Source: Utricularia gibba
Taxonomy: Eukaryota; Plantae; Magnoliophyta
DNA length: 64,000 nt
Reading direction: 5' to 3'
Assembly: GCA_002189035.1 (NCBI GenBank)
Contig: NEEC01000012.1
Location: 1,550,001 to 1,614,000 of the forward strand
In this document: in pieces, positions 25,901 to 38,545 of the stretch
Layout of the letters: each line of letters begins with the position of its first letter
How positions within the stretch are numbered: position 1 is the first letter of the stretch
The notes under the pieces: generated by a model
The model's database searches: none
The model's input: only the letters and a program-made list of their open reading frames with translations
Told to the model about the DNA's origin: nothing
Program-made: the position numbers and the translations under genes

Positions 25901-28900
25901 AAAGCAACTTGAAGCACTTATCTTGAGACTTTTGATCTTTAGACTATGGACATCTTTCTTTTGAGTTCTTCCTCTCCCATAAGAGAGGAAGAACACTTAG
26001 TTTTCAATTTTGTTTTGTATTCATGGTACTTTGTTGCTAAAATCCTTTAGTTTCTAGAAAGTAGATGAAGTTTCCTTCTATGCCCTGAGCAATACACTCG
26101 GTTCTTTGCTGAATTAATTTTGGATTTCGCATATATCTACGCATCTTGTTGTAGTTTTTCTATAACGACTCCTAATCAAGGTTCGTGAGTAGCAGGCCAC
26201 TCCTTCGACCTCCCTAGTAGCGCGTCATTGGCAATAGTTGGGCACATGTGCGCAATTTGGTTTTGAAGACAATCGATGGCAATCCTCTTGTCTTCTTGAT
26301 TGTCCAAGAGGGGAATCACATGAGGCTATTCTCGTGCCTCCTTGTCAATCAGAGTGTAAAGGAGAGTAGGCTATTCCTTGTTCCTATAACCAACTATTTG
26401 GAAGAAATTAGTGAAAATCGAGTCAATGACATACAAAGAATAGGAAATGGAATCTCATTCCCAGGAATTACATTCCACAAATCTCTTTTACAAAACCGTG
26501 ACATTTTGTAGAAATTTCTTACAAAACACTTTTCACAAAAAACAATTTCTTGAGATTGATAGTCATACTACGCTTTCTTGTATTTTACGTTTTAAATATT
26601 TAAAATTTGTTGAGGAAACGACACGCACGATAAATACTTGTAATCCTTCCATAATAATAGAAAAATCTTACTTGCACGTGATAGAAAATCTGTTCGAATT
26701 TGTAACTCACTTGCAAATGATTGGATTGAAGAATACACTTAATGAACATGGAAATCCATCTAATTAAAAAATATAGGCAAAGTCCAATATGTTTGCAATT
26801 GATGATGATATCACATATGTCAATAGAAGCTTCAATTTTCGTAACATTTTTACTACAAAAGGATGAATCGTAAATCATAGATCACATAGAAAATGTTCAG
26901 TGTTAACAGCAAATCCATTATTTTCGATTCTTTCAGGAGCTAAATCTATGATTTGTTGACCATCAATTTTATCCACTTTAACATAGTGTTCCGGAACACA
27001 GTAACAGATACGAATCTTCTCCGCAATGTTCATATGAAATTCCATATCAACTAAATTATAAAAAAATTCAGACATTGTTTTAAATGAAAAAAAAAGAATT
27101 CATTCCATGCAATTCAAATACACAATGAAATGTTTGGAAGTAATATGTAAAAAATAATTGAAAAAAAAATTATTTCCAAACATTCCATCATATGCTAATA
27201 GTGTTTGGAACGCACTACAAACATGTGATGCAATGTTTGGAAATAATATGTAAAACCAAATGAGAAAATATTTCGAGACACTACTAGCATGCGATGCAAT
27301 GCCAGAAAATAATATTTCATGTTCTTCTGAAAATTCTGGTCGTCCTCTACTACTCTTGACCCTGACTTGTAGACTGCCGCCATGACAGTGTACTCATTAC
27401 CCCCTACAACCTGGTGACTTACACGAAATCCAAATTTCTTCCTTGACTTTCGGGTTGTTGCTAGACTCCAAAATCGGGTTAGCCCACTAATCCTTTGATT
27501 TAGCCCACTAATATACCAAAAATCATATTTTCTCTAATTAAATAAAAATACTTTAAAATATAAAATTAACACTTAAACATAATTAAAAATTTATGATTTT
27601 TCATATCCTAAAACATGAAAATCTGTGTGTTTTCAAGAATCCATTTGTGATGCAATAAAAAATTATTGTGTGATATCTTACAGGTTCCTTTAAATAATCA
27701 CAAAAATTCAAAACTTTTTTTGGTATTTAAGAAAATGAAAATTCTTTACCTATAAATTAGAAAAATTACTTAGTATGAGAGAAAAACATAAAATTCTAAT
27801 ATCTTAATTATTCAATTACTTTATTAAAATAAATAGAATGATATGTGTAGAGTTAAGAGACAGTCAATTATATAATTAAATAATGGATGTTGGTGTAGTG
27901 TTAATATCATTGAAAATCCATTTATGTTATATCAATAAAAAATGGTATATAATATATTACTAATTTTACTTTCAAAAAATTACATAATATGAAAGAAAAT
28001 CATAAAATTATATTTATATAAATATAAATATGTATATATACATAATCTCAAATTTAATTAAAATAATATTAAACAAATATTAAAAAACAATGTATAATTT
28101 TTGAATTAAGGTTTTTTGTATAATTTTAATATTAAAAAACAAATATTAAAAAAGTAACAAATATATTTTTTGATTATATTTTTAATTAATTTAATTTTTT
28201 AAAAAATATATATAATCTGTAATAAAAAAGATATGAACCTATAACCATGTAGTTTATAAAATAATCCAAGTTCAATTAAACTACAAATAATCATTAAACA
28301 AGTATTATTCAATTAAGCTTCATGCTGGCACGCAGCACGGAGTTACCATGTGGTGGTGAGGGATGCTAGGCAGTGAGAGAGCGTAGGTGTGTGATGGACG
28401 AGAGGCTAGAGGCTGATTATTTTGGGGCATGGCTAGCATGTTTTGGGGTTATGCTTGATGTTACTAGTTTGCACAAACATTTTGTGGTTTTCGGCCATGT
28501 CCATGATATGTGATTACCTCTTTATTGTTGAAACTTACTTACCTTTATGTTGCTAAATGATTGAGATTGGCTGTCTAGTAATCCAACCCCTAGATGCATA
28601 GGGCAACCGAGGGTAGGATCCGACTAGGGTTTGGACGGGATAAGAATAACCAATGCCGTTGCACATATAAAAAGGAACCTGTTTGCTCCATAGATATTAT
28701 TTGGATAGATTGTATATATATATTTTTAAATATATAATATCAATCGATCTTTAGATGTTATTTAGATTGAATGTATATTTTTTAGTTTAAATTTATATTA
28801 TCAATCTATTCTTATGTATTATTTGAATTGTATATGTATGTATATAATTTAAATTTATATTTTGTATTATTTAATTGTTTTGAATATTTTGAATCGATTA

Positions 28901-29430
28901 ATTATTTGTTCTATATTTTACTTATTATATTAGAATTAAACTGTAATTCATGATAATATAAAATTTTGTACGCTGTAATAAAATTAAATACTAATACACA
29001 AAATCCCATATAGCTATTAGATTAATTATTAAATCAAAAGAAGATCTCTAAGATTAATTTTATCAAACAAGATTTTAGTTAATTAAATTCATAAATACAC
29101 TTATTTATTTAATAAGTATAATAAATGAATATTATTTCTTAGATTCTACTAAATAATAAATAAATATTTTTTGTATAAAATAAATTTATTTCTTATAAAT
29201 GTAATGAACATTGAGTAAATGTTAAAAATACAATAATTTATATTTTAAAACTTAAAATTATCTACATTTTATTGGTTATATATGTAACTAGAAATTTTTA
29301 TAAAAAAAAACACATGAATTGTATTTATTGAATTTAGAATTTAATATATAATGATTAATATTTAATAAATTAAAAGAGATGGTTAGTTTTCAAATAGGTA
29401 AAAGAGAGTATGGTTACTTTCCCAAAAAAC
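22955..29430. mobile_element. ~6.5 kb TIR-type (MULE-like) insertion with nested retroelement remnants
   Basis: Inverted arms lie at ~22955-23125 and ~29135-29295 (TTTTAAAATATAAAT...CAATGTTCA.TACATTTATAAG.AATAAATTTATTTT). A MULE-like terminus is present only on the right (reverse complement GGGAAAGTAACCATACTCTC). The insertion separates 14-3-3 pieces A and B. No TSD was found. Confidence 0.5.
25655..27330. mobile_element. Decayed Tat/Ogre-like Ty3/gypsy remnant: LTR-like segment plus minus-strand Transposase_28-like ORF
   Basis: 25655 starts TGTTAGGAG, with a near-complementary CTCCTAATCA at 26169. The minus frame from 27075 reads through stops: IRICYCVPEH...GFAVNTEHFLCDL*FTIHPFVVKMLRKLKL...SIANILDFAYIF*LDGFPCSLSVF. 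Short tandem repeats occur at 27125-27320. Confidence 0.5.
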
Positions 29431-29485
29431 CCTTCAATCAGGCCTTTTGTTGGGGGTGTGGTGTGTCACTATTTTGAGCGTTTTT

Positions 29486-29833
29486 ACCTAAATAGGACTT
29501 CTGATTGTATGAGACTCCGATGGGTGTGGAATTGACAATAGAGGAGAGGAAATAAGTCTTAGTGGGCTATAAGAATGTAGTTGGATCTCAAAGAGCTTCC
29601 TAGAGAATAATGTCATCCATTGAGCTCAAGGAAGAATCTAGAGGAAATGTGTAGCACGCTAAACAAATCAAAGAGTATTGATATGAGAGTCCTATACTAA
29701 CTTGAGGTTAGATTCTGAAATTGTAGCCTTGAATTTGGGGTTAACTGTTGTTTTTCTTATTGGTTTGATTCTGAATTCAAGACTCAGTAATAATAGGAAG
29801 AAGGTGCCTATTCTGTCAAAGGAAGCTTATGAG
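29486..29833 (+). pseudogene. 14-3-3 pseudo-copy, piece B (parts of exon 2, intron 2, exon 3)
   Basis: Reads [46 protein letters not shown], then GAGAGTCCTATACTAA (intron 2) and CTGAATTCAAGAC...GGAAGCTTATGAG (end of exon 3). It has internal deletions and stops. Confidence 0.9.
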
Positions 29834-30380
29834 TAGAGTTGGGCACGCGTCCAATTCGGCAGGTCATGAGTTGAACCTGTCGAGTAAAAAATGAATTATC
29901 TTACTCGGCGGGTACGGGTTGATAGGTTGGATAGACAGACCTATCTTGAGTCTCAAGTTGACACGGGTTGGTATTTTTTAATAAAATTTAATAATATTAG
30001 ATATGTTTATTGAAACTCTATCACTTTAATGAAAACATACACTTTTCATCCACAATAACACACATTGCACCTCGCTGCTCGACACACTGCAATCGTCGCG
30101 ATAATGTCCTAGAATGGTTGAAGACGCAAGTTGGCAAGGAGTTGAGAAAATATTTGTGAGGTGGTTTTTTAGATTTTGAAGCAGCGGTACACACACCTGA
30201 GACAATGTGGACATCGATTAAGTTGAGGATGTGGTTCATAATATAGATAGGTTCTTCCTATAAGCTAAACAGTTAATGCTCAAATTGGACATGTAAAAAC
30301 TTGGACTTAAAGTGGCAGCCAGTATGGCATGCATTCTTCACTGGGTCGTCAGTGAAGGACAGTAGCAAGAAAAAGGATAC

Positions 30381-30436
30381 ACTTTCTGACCGGCAGTCTG
30401 GAAAGCAGGTTCAGAAGCTTTTGAAGAGCTGGACAT
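30381..30436 (-). pseudogene. Villin (VLN2/3-like) first coding exon; its 5' UTR and leader intron extend to ~31250 (cargo)
   Basis: ATG at 30436 gives MSSSSKASEPAFQTAGQK(V), then a GTATCC donor, matching the villin N-terminus (PAFQGAGQK). No further villin exons are present. Confidence 0.6.
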
Positions 30437-33400
30437 TATGGAATGTAAAACAAGACGCGCACCTGACCCTTATCTTCTACCAGAAACAACTGCAAGAAGT
30501 GATCAAGAAAAACTGAACATCCATCAGATTAAATTCTCAAAATTAAGATTGTAGCATCGAACACTGTCGAGTAAAAGGGGAGTACAAGCAAGAAAAAGCC
30601 ATATTTCTGCACACAGAAAACATGAACCATTTCAGAAGCCATTATGCCAAAAGAATGGAAAACCGATTGACCATTTTGAAAGTGACTATGAAAGTTCCTC
30701 TGTGATTCTTAATACTTCGGATGATAAACTGCAAAATAAGATCAGAATCCATAAACTCAGGCAAGACTCGAATATGATGTCCTGTCATTATAAAAAGATT
30801 CAGAATTTCGACGCCTTCATGGCCATTTCCCGTGATAATCAAAACATCTATGAAACTAGACCAGGAAAATCAAGGCATTGCCAATAAAGACAAGGTACAG
30901 ATCATCAAAAGGACTGTGGCATTCATTTGGACAACCTCTCTCAGAAGAAGATGAGATCCAAGATCTATCCAAAAAGCTTTTAATTCAACGAAGAATCAAG
31001 CAAGAAGATGGATCTAAAATCGCCACCAATGAAAAAAAACCCAGTTAAGAAGCTTCACAAAAGCATCTTTTTCTCTTTCCCAAACTTCTTTCTTCGCAGA
31101 GAAACGACCCCGAAACCAACAATAAAGAGTCAGAAGGACAAAAGTGTAGTAGCATCAGAGCTGGCAGCAAATGGGACTAGAGATAAAAAAGAGAAATTTC
31201 AGTAGGACAACATCAGGGTCAGTGGTTCAGTGCATCCAATTCATTAAACCATATACGTGGTTTGGTGGGTTTTTTTTACTCCCACAACCTTTTTCAGTTC
31301 ACGTTCACTACTCCTTCACAACATCCACAAAGGGAAGAGAAGGGAATATCCGTTGAAGGTAGAAAGACTCGATCCGGGCGTTACATTGGTAATGGTGGGG
31401 GCAACTCCCACACAAGCTGCTTTTTTCTCCTTTATTGTCCTCTTTTCAGTTACAAGATGTTTCATTTCAATCTCATCAAGATCACAGTTTGTGCAAAACA
31501 TCAATGATTCGAATCATTACGCTCTTAAAGCTACAAATTTTGAAACTTTCTCCTCCATGAAATTCCCAAACCAACCTACCATTTTCTTTGGAGGTTCCAA
31601 CTCTGTAATCCAATTGGTCAGAATAGATGCCACAAAGGAATAATTTTTTTAAAAAAGGCAACTACAACGAAATGACAGACTACGGTCAGAAAACATTAAA
31701 ATATAATCACATAAGCATAGCATCATATTCAATAAAATTAAATATGAGTAGATGGAAGTTGATAGTTGTGATGAAGATCTTCCAGGTAGGTAGATGTTAC
31801 TTTAGAAAGGGAATAGAAAATTGACACAAGGATCAATTCACCAAACTCAGACGTGTATATGCATTTGGTACTTTAAAAACCTTTAAATAAATTATATTAT
31901 ATGGAACGGATCCAAGAACTCACCTTTTGACAGACATTTCACCCTAAAAAAATTAAAGTGTGTTCTAAGAATGAAAAATAAAAATCAAATGAAAATTCGT
32001 ATTTTGTCATTTAAAGAAATAGAAATTGTATTTTTTTTAGAAATAAAATTTAATTAGTTTTTGAAAAATCATTAATTTCTATTTTTTATAATGAGAAATA
32101 ATAAGAAATAAGAAATGTTTCTGAATGTATGTTCTTATTAGAGTAAAAATTAATTATTTTTTATAACAAAACTAATTTTAAAATACATTTTTATAACTTA
32201 TATTGTCAGAAAAACATTTTAAAAACAATTTTATTACTAAAATAATAACTTCAAATCACCTTCTTGAATTTTTAATTTTTCAATTTTCAATTATTTTTAA
32301 AAAATATAGAAATTTACTTTCTATTTTCCTAAAAATACTTCTTGAAATGTATTTTTCAAAATAGAATCAAATAGAACCTATTTTATTCAATAGTTGATAG
32401 TTAGTCTTGAAGAATGATTTATTTGGAATAAATATTTGGTAAAAAGTTTTATTGTAAACATATAAAAAAAATTAATTTTAAATAATATCACGTGAATGGA
32501 AAAACATAAGATTATTTTATTTCAGACCTTAAATATAATTTAAAAATACAATACATGCATAAATATAAAAACTTTAACATAATTAAATTCGTCTATCAAA
32601 TATATTTAAAATCTAAATCTATAAATTTTATTTTTATTTTAAATTATGTAACTTAACTTTTAAATAAACTAAAAAAGGTGCCTTTAATATTTGATGTGCA
32701 TAGATGATGTATGAAATATGAGATGTTACACCTACCGCATTATTACAATTGATTTTGGTACCAGGCTCAATTCAATATATTGGCTCTGTATTGAGATTAT
32801 TATTAAAAATATACTTGAGAATAATGGAAAAAAAAGCCGAAAAAATCAATAATTGAACCAATCCGAAATTATTTCGCTTTTTTTTCGGTAGATTCTGCTA
32901 TTTGGTTAAATTGAATGATTTTAAATTTTTAATAAAATAGAATATTAATAGAAAATGATTTTTTTTAAAAAAAATACATTAAATTTCAGTTTTCAATTAT
33001 ATTACTTTTATAAGGCGTAATTGGAAAGAGCAAATCAGCCTTCTTAGTGATGTGGGTTTTTCATGGGCCAAAGCGCAATTTAAGTTTCACGGCCCACGGT
33101 TACTTCGCCACCGTCGTGTTTTTTCGACTCCGGCGCCGTCCTCACTGCTATCGCAGCGAAGCGAAGTGGAAGTCTTGGGGATTAGTAGTCACTTTTAAGT
33201 TGCCGAGCGGCCGACATTCATAGATTGAATTGGAGAAGTTTTCAATCAAAGTCGTTGGGATCAAGCGGAGGTGGCGACGCGACCGGTGGTTTTAGGATTT
33301 TCTTGGGAGAGTGGCTCGTGAGAAACGTTTTTTAGGAGAGTTGACGACTTCAGAAACTTTTCTTACTAGGTACATCAGCTCGAACTGCTGGGTTTGATGT

Positions 33401-33871
33401 CGATGGTTTTGTGGATGTTGGTGTAGCTAGTGTTAGGGTGAAAAAGCTTTCTCCTTGGATTTTTTTTAGATATGGGTTTTGGCTGGGAATTGTCTGGTTG
33501 TGCTGCTCATAGTCAGTTAACGAAGTTCAGTGTGATTGTGTTTTTCCCTTTGTAACTTGTTATTTTTGTGTCTCGGGTATTGATGGACATTCATATACTC
33601 ATCGAACTCGCATTTCGTGGGTTGATGATGCATCTATCAATTTGTAATCTTTTTTGATGGCTTGCGCCTATGTAAAGCCCCGCTGGCATATGTAGTCATT
33701 ATCTGATTCTGCTAGGTTTTCCCAAGATTTGTAGTTCACACGAAATTTCTTTTGTAAGCATCAGAAAATGCTGCTATCCTGTAATTTTTTTTTATTTCCG
33801 TTCTGCAAAAAGGATCAAATGAAAGGCAGTTCCTATAAGATACAATTTGAATGTTGCAGAGGTCGCCGGAA

Positions 33872-35574
33872 ATAGCTGCTACTAGCGGAGCAAGCGATTT
33901 GTCTTCAGAGATTGAAGTGGATTCTTTCAGACGTCTTTTCCCTCTGCAGTTTCACGAGCGCCATCTAGTTGAATCAATAAGGCCTGATGGGCGCCCTCTT
34001 GGAAAAGCTAGAGACACTACCGTTATGCTTGGTGAACATTATTTTCTTATTTTTTCTGTTTTATTTTTGAGTAGGCGCATTGTCACTAGAAATCTCGCAA
34101 TCATGTTTCTAGGAGCTGTAGCATCTACTAACGGATCAGCATTGGTAAAGATAGGGTCAACTGTAAGTCCCTTTTTCGGTGGCTGCTGATGGGTATGAAG
34201 AACCTTTTATGTTAGGGAATAATGACAGCTGTGTTTACTATCCTCAGACAATGTTAGCTGCCATCAAGTTGGAAATCATGACTCCGACTGCAGAGGCTCC
34301 GAATAGGGGATCCTTAGTTAGGAATATATATATATATATATGGATATATATATTTTGCGTAGGTAACCTAAAATTTAATCTTCCTCTTTACGTATTTAAT
34401 GGTTCTAATATTTTTACAGAAATTGATTTTCACATGCCTGCTATATGCTCTCTGCTGGTTCGCCCTGGCAGGCCTGCGGAAATAGCTCCTGTAATATCAA
34501 AACAATTATCCGATGCCATTTTGAGGTTAGGGGTTTTTGGTTTTCTTTGGGTATTGCCCTACGCCCCTTCGTTGACACTGATCTGTTAGGATTGGTATTG
34601 TTCTTTCAGTTTTTTGTATTGTCTGCTTGCTAACTTAAACTCGCTGAACATTCAAGTTGGTAGTTGATACTTGCTTCTTATTTCACTAGCATACTATTCC
34701 TCTGAAATACTGCTGCAGTTCTGGCATGATTAACATGGATGATCTATGTTTAGTCAGCGGTAAAGCTGCTTGGATGGCCTTTTTGGTAATGAATATTGCA
34801 TCCCCTACACCCACAAAGATTCCTGCTATCGGCATAATGAATAAATAAAGATTGTTGCAGGATGTGTACTGTTTGGATGCTGATGGTGCCCTTTTCGATG
34901 CAGCTATGCTAGCCGTTGTGGCTGCCTTCTCCTCTTGTATATATCTTCTTCATTTTACTCCTAAATTCACTGTTTGTTTACCCAGCCTTCCAGATTGATG
35001 CATAAAGAATTGTCTCGCAGTGGAGATACCAGTTGTTTCGCTGAACGATGATGGAAGGATAGTTCTTGTACCTGAGGTGAGTCCTGGGGAGATGACTGTC
35101 AAGGAGCCTATCAACGTAGAAAAGAAGAAGCTGAAACTCAATACTCTGCCATTTTCACTTACGTGCTTGCTTCACAAGAACTACATCCTGGCTGATCCCA
35201 CATCCGAGGAAGAGTCCATTATGGAGACATGCCAAACGGTGGTGCTGGACTCTTCATATCGCCTGGTTTGGCTTAATAAGCCTGGTGGTTCATGTCTTGC
35301 ACCCACACCAGCAATCAGGGTAACTTTCTTGTCAATGTTACCATTAGTAATTGACTCTGCTGCCCATTCATATGTTTGATTGTCCATTGACTCTTTGTAT
35401 ATTTGATTGTCAGTAGCTTGTGTGATTATGCAAATATGTCTAATTCTTCATGACTGTAGAGCCACGTTGAACGTTTCTTTTTGTGTGAAATGTATGCTTT
35501 GCATGCAGGAATGCATAAAACTGGCGCGACAACGGGTAAAAGAACTCAGGAAGATCTTGAGTGAGGCCATTTAG
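33872..35574 (+). pseudogene. RRP43: Exosome core subunit RRP43 (EXOSC8)-like, near-complete 8-coding-exon copy with damaged start (cargo)
   Basis: Exons give SDLSSEIEVDSFRRLFP, SIRPDGRPLGKAR, GSALVKIGST, IDFHMPAICS, KAAWMAFL, DVYCLDADGALFD, LADPTSEEESIME and RQRVKEL. The expected ATG reads ATA (33872), the donor at 34318 reads TT, and the protein ends EAI*. The promoter (site II motifs 33064-33096) and a leader intron are retained. Confidence 0.85.
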
Positions 35575-36140
35575 CCTTTTCTCTTCCATCATGAAAATTC
35601 ATTCAAGCCACTTGAAAAGATTTTGTTAAGCTAAACCTTCAATTTTTTTTGTTTGGTATAGGATTCAGTTGGTTTTCTAGTTTATCGGTTGCACTTTAAT
35701 TTGCTTTTTTTAAAAAAAAAAATGAACGAGTAACAATAGTTTTGATTCATATGTTTAGGTTTGTTATATTAACTGAAATCGATTAAAAATTGATGGATAT
35801 TAGTTTGCTTCAGCTTTTGTTTCTGGTTTTGGATTATCATCCTTGAATTAACATGTTCTGAGCAACCACTCAAAGCATGCGTTATGTAAAGAATTTCTAT
35901 TGCATAGAGTAGAAGACATTGTGATTAACTGAAGGGCTGTTAAAAATTGTGTGTTTACATTTCACAGTGGAGAGAAATGAATGCCCTTGAAGCTTTTAAT
36001 TGGACAGTTAATCACTCCAACCCGTTAGTCCTGTGTCATACAACAGTGAGGAATAACTACAGAAATCCATAACCTATATGCAAACCTTAATATACACACA
36101 TTCCTAATAAGTTTGCAGGAAACAGCTCTATTAAGCTTCA

Positions 36141-38545
36141 ATGACCATACAGAATGTTGATGATCTGCTTCTCAAAGGAAACTGTCTTATCCTTATGAGC
36201 CGGCTGAATTTCATTCTTGGAAATTCTCAGAGACTGAACCTTGTCCATTCAGAGACTGCATCTGAGAATTCATTTGACCTTCATTTGTCTGCATCTGAGA
36301 ATTCATTTGACCTTCATTTGTCTGCATCTGAGAAATTTGAGGCTGTTGCTGCTGAGGTTGCTGTGCAGCAAGCATGTGTTGTCCTTTCTGCAATGAAGAC
36401 ACAGGCTTTCGAGGCCCATTTGAATTCAGAATGTGGATGATCTGCTTCTCAACCTGAACTGTCTTATCCTTAAGAGCCGGTTGAATTTCATTCTTGGAAA
36501 TTCTCAGAAATGAAAGCAATCGCTCCAACATTCCCTTGAAAAAGTAGAGCTTATCAAATTGGTCACCCTTTGGCATGAGGAATCGAATCATGCTGCAAAA
36601 GCAGAAGTAAAGTCAGTCGAAAATAAAAATGTTGATAATCAAAGTGAATTTTCAAAGATAAATCTGGCCTTTTATAAATAATTTGTTTGAAGAGAGACTA
36701 GTTTGCAGTGCATTAAGGTGAAATTTTATGTGCTTTATATGCCTCATTAAGAAGTAGATTATAGGCATTGTGCTTGGTCGTATAAGTAATTAAATGAATA
36801 ATCTCATTTACCCCTATTTAACAGTTATTTACTCACCTTATTCGAAATACCCATTTAAAAAAAAAGAAAAAAGAAATCAACGATTTCAGTTGTAGAATCC
36901 TACAGATATTACTGTTACCTGACGTGAATAATGCTCAGCATCCCTTGTCATGGACGCTACTTGAACTCTCATCTCCTGGAATTCCACCTAAAAGAGCCGC
37001 ATACATTTAGTACAAATTTCCCATTAAATACTTCCCCCCTAGATAATTCCTTCCATGAACTAGTAGGAACAAATAATTAGTATTTTTGAAGTTTATCTTC
37101 ATTGATGTATGGGCTAAACTATTTATCGCTGAAGATAATTTATTGAGCAGAAGATAGAACATATACCTCCATTAATGAAAGTTTACTTTCAGCCTCAGGA
37201 TTTATTGGTAAAGCTTGATGAAACGTTAAAATGATGAAAAGAAGTATAAGAAAGTGGGAATAAAAATTTGATACACGGCAATAGAAATTGAATGATACAG
37301 AGTTGGAAGGAAATGTATTCTTAAAAAAAAAAAAAGAACCAGACGTCATACGTCAAATCGATTTAAGTGATGGATTATACACGCGTGATTACTTTCTATC
37401 AACAAAACCTACATCAGCTTTCAAATTTAAATAACCACAGATTGTGAAGCACAAAACACACCAATCAACCACTTGATCAAAGGTGACCAATTAGAGTACA
37501 ATGAAAATCAAACAGTAGCTCACCTGCTGCAACTTTGCAACAAGTCTATGGTATGCTTCGTTTAATTCAGAATAATACATCTCATTCATGGATTTGATCT
37601 GCAATCAGCCCAAAAGTTAGGAAGACTAAAGTGGAGCTTCACACAGAAAACGCACACGCGACTGGTCACAGTTGCCAATCTCCACCTAGATGTAATACCT
37701 TTTGATACGTTTCTTCTTGCCAATCTCCGCCTGAATTTCCCATCTGTGACGAGGGATCTGGAGATGCTAAGTTTTCAAAGTGTTAGATTAAGCAAAAGAG
37801 AACCATGCTGAAAAGCAGTAAATGAATTATACGGCACAATCCAGACAAGGAAAGAACATTCAATTTTTGAATCCATGGCCTGCACTAATAGCTGAGCCTC
37901 ATTATAAAGGGGATGGTCTGCCGGTGAGAATATATCGAGCCCAAATGCCACAAGAGCAAGGAGAGTCACCTTCTCAATGGCAACAACTAAAAAAAAAAAA
38001 GAACTCTTTTCATATACTTCAGCGATATTCTGTACCTGGGTCCTGCGAATTACTTCCACCACCAGGCTGCATAGAATCCGGATTCTGAGACTTTGTCTCC
38101 GCAGTTAACATCTTCATAGATATTTCTCTTAGATAATCTGACTGTATGTCCAATTAAAAGACAACAGGAACGGTCATTATACATGTAACGCTCAGCGTGT
38201 ATGCAGGAGGAAACAGGGGAAAATTCATTTAAACCTGGCTTGTTGCTGCGATGTATTTCTTCTCCTCAAGCCTGACAGCGATTTTTTTGAGTTCTTGCAA
38301 TCCCTCTGGTCCAGAATAAGGAAGATGCCTCTTCAGCGTCTCCATTCTGCAATCGAAAGCATCATAATTGATACTTATCTCAAAATCTTAAAAGACACTC
38401 CTCCACCTAAACTTAAAACCTAATTCTTACATTTTATTCACAATTCTCTCCCTAGAATCTTGTTGCAGGTGACCCCTCCAATCACCGCCTTCCATTCCCG
38501 CGTTTGCCACCGGCTCAGCACCCACGACCTGACCAGGAATTTGAA
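36141..38545 (-). pseudogene. Mediator subunit MED15a-like (KIX domain), short decayed copy (cargo)
   Basis: Exons read GDWRGHLQQDSRERIVNKI, METLKRHLPYSGPEGLQELKKIAVRLEEK, DYLREISMKMLTAETKSQ, GGDWQEETYQK, IKSMNEMYYSELNE and MLERLLSFLRISK...EKQII. There is a frameshift at the start of the ~36590 exon and a damaged N-terminus. Confidence 0.8.

Noticed and set aside
27125-27320. CRISPR-like array
   Set aside because: These are degenerate short tandem repeats inside a retroelement remnant in a eukaryotic genome, with no constant repeat/spacer structure.
30021-30240. C-terminal dimerisation domain of the hAT transposase at the left end
   Set aside because: Only vague similarity (ILGHYRDD..SSSEVQ), too weak to call.
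33851-33871. Upstream ATG as the RRP43 start (ORF track MLQRSPE)
   Set aside because: It lies inside the intron acceptor (ATGTTGCAG|AG) and would be spliced out.
4864-35574. CER16/RIPR and RRP43, both exosome-related, in one window as a functional cluster
   Set aside because: RRP43 is transposon cargo 27 kb away and arrived with unrelated genes, so co-location is best explained by chance.
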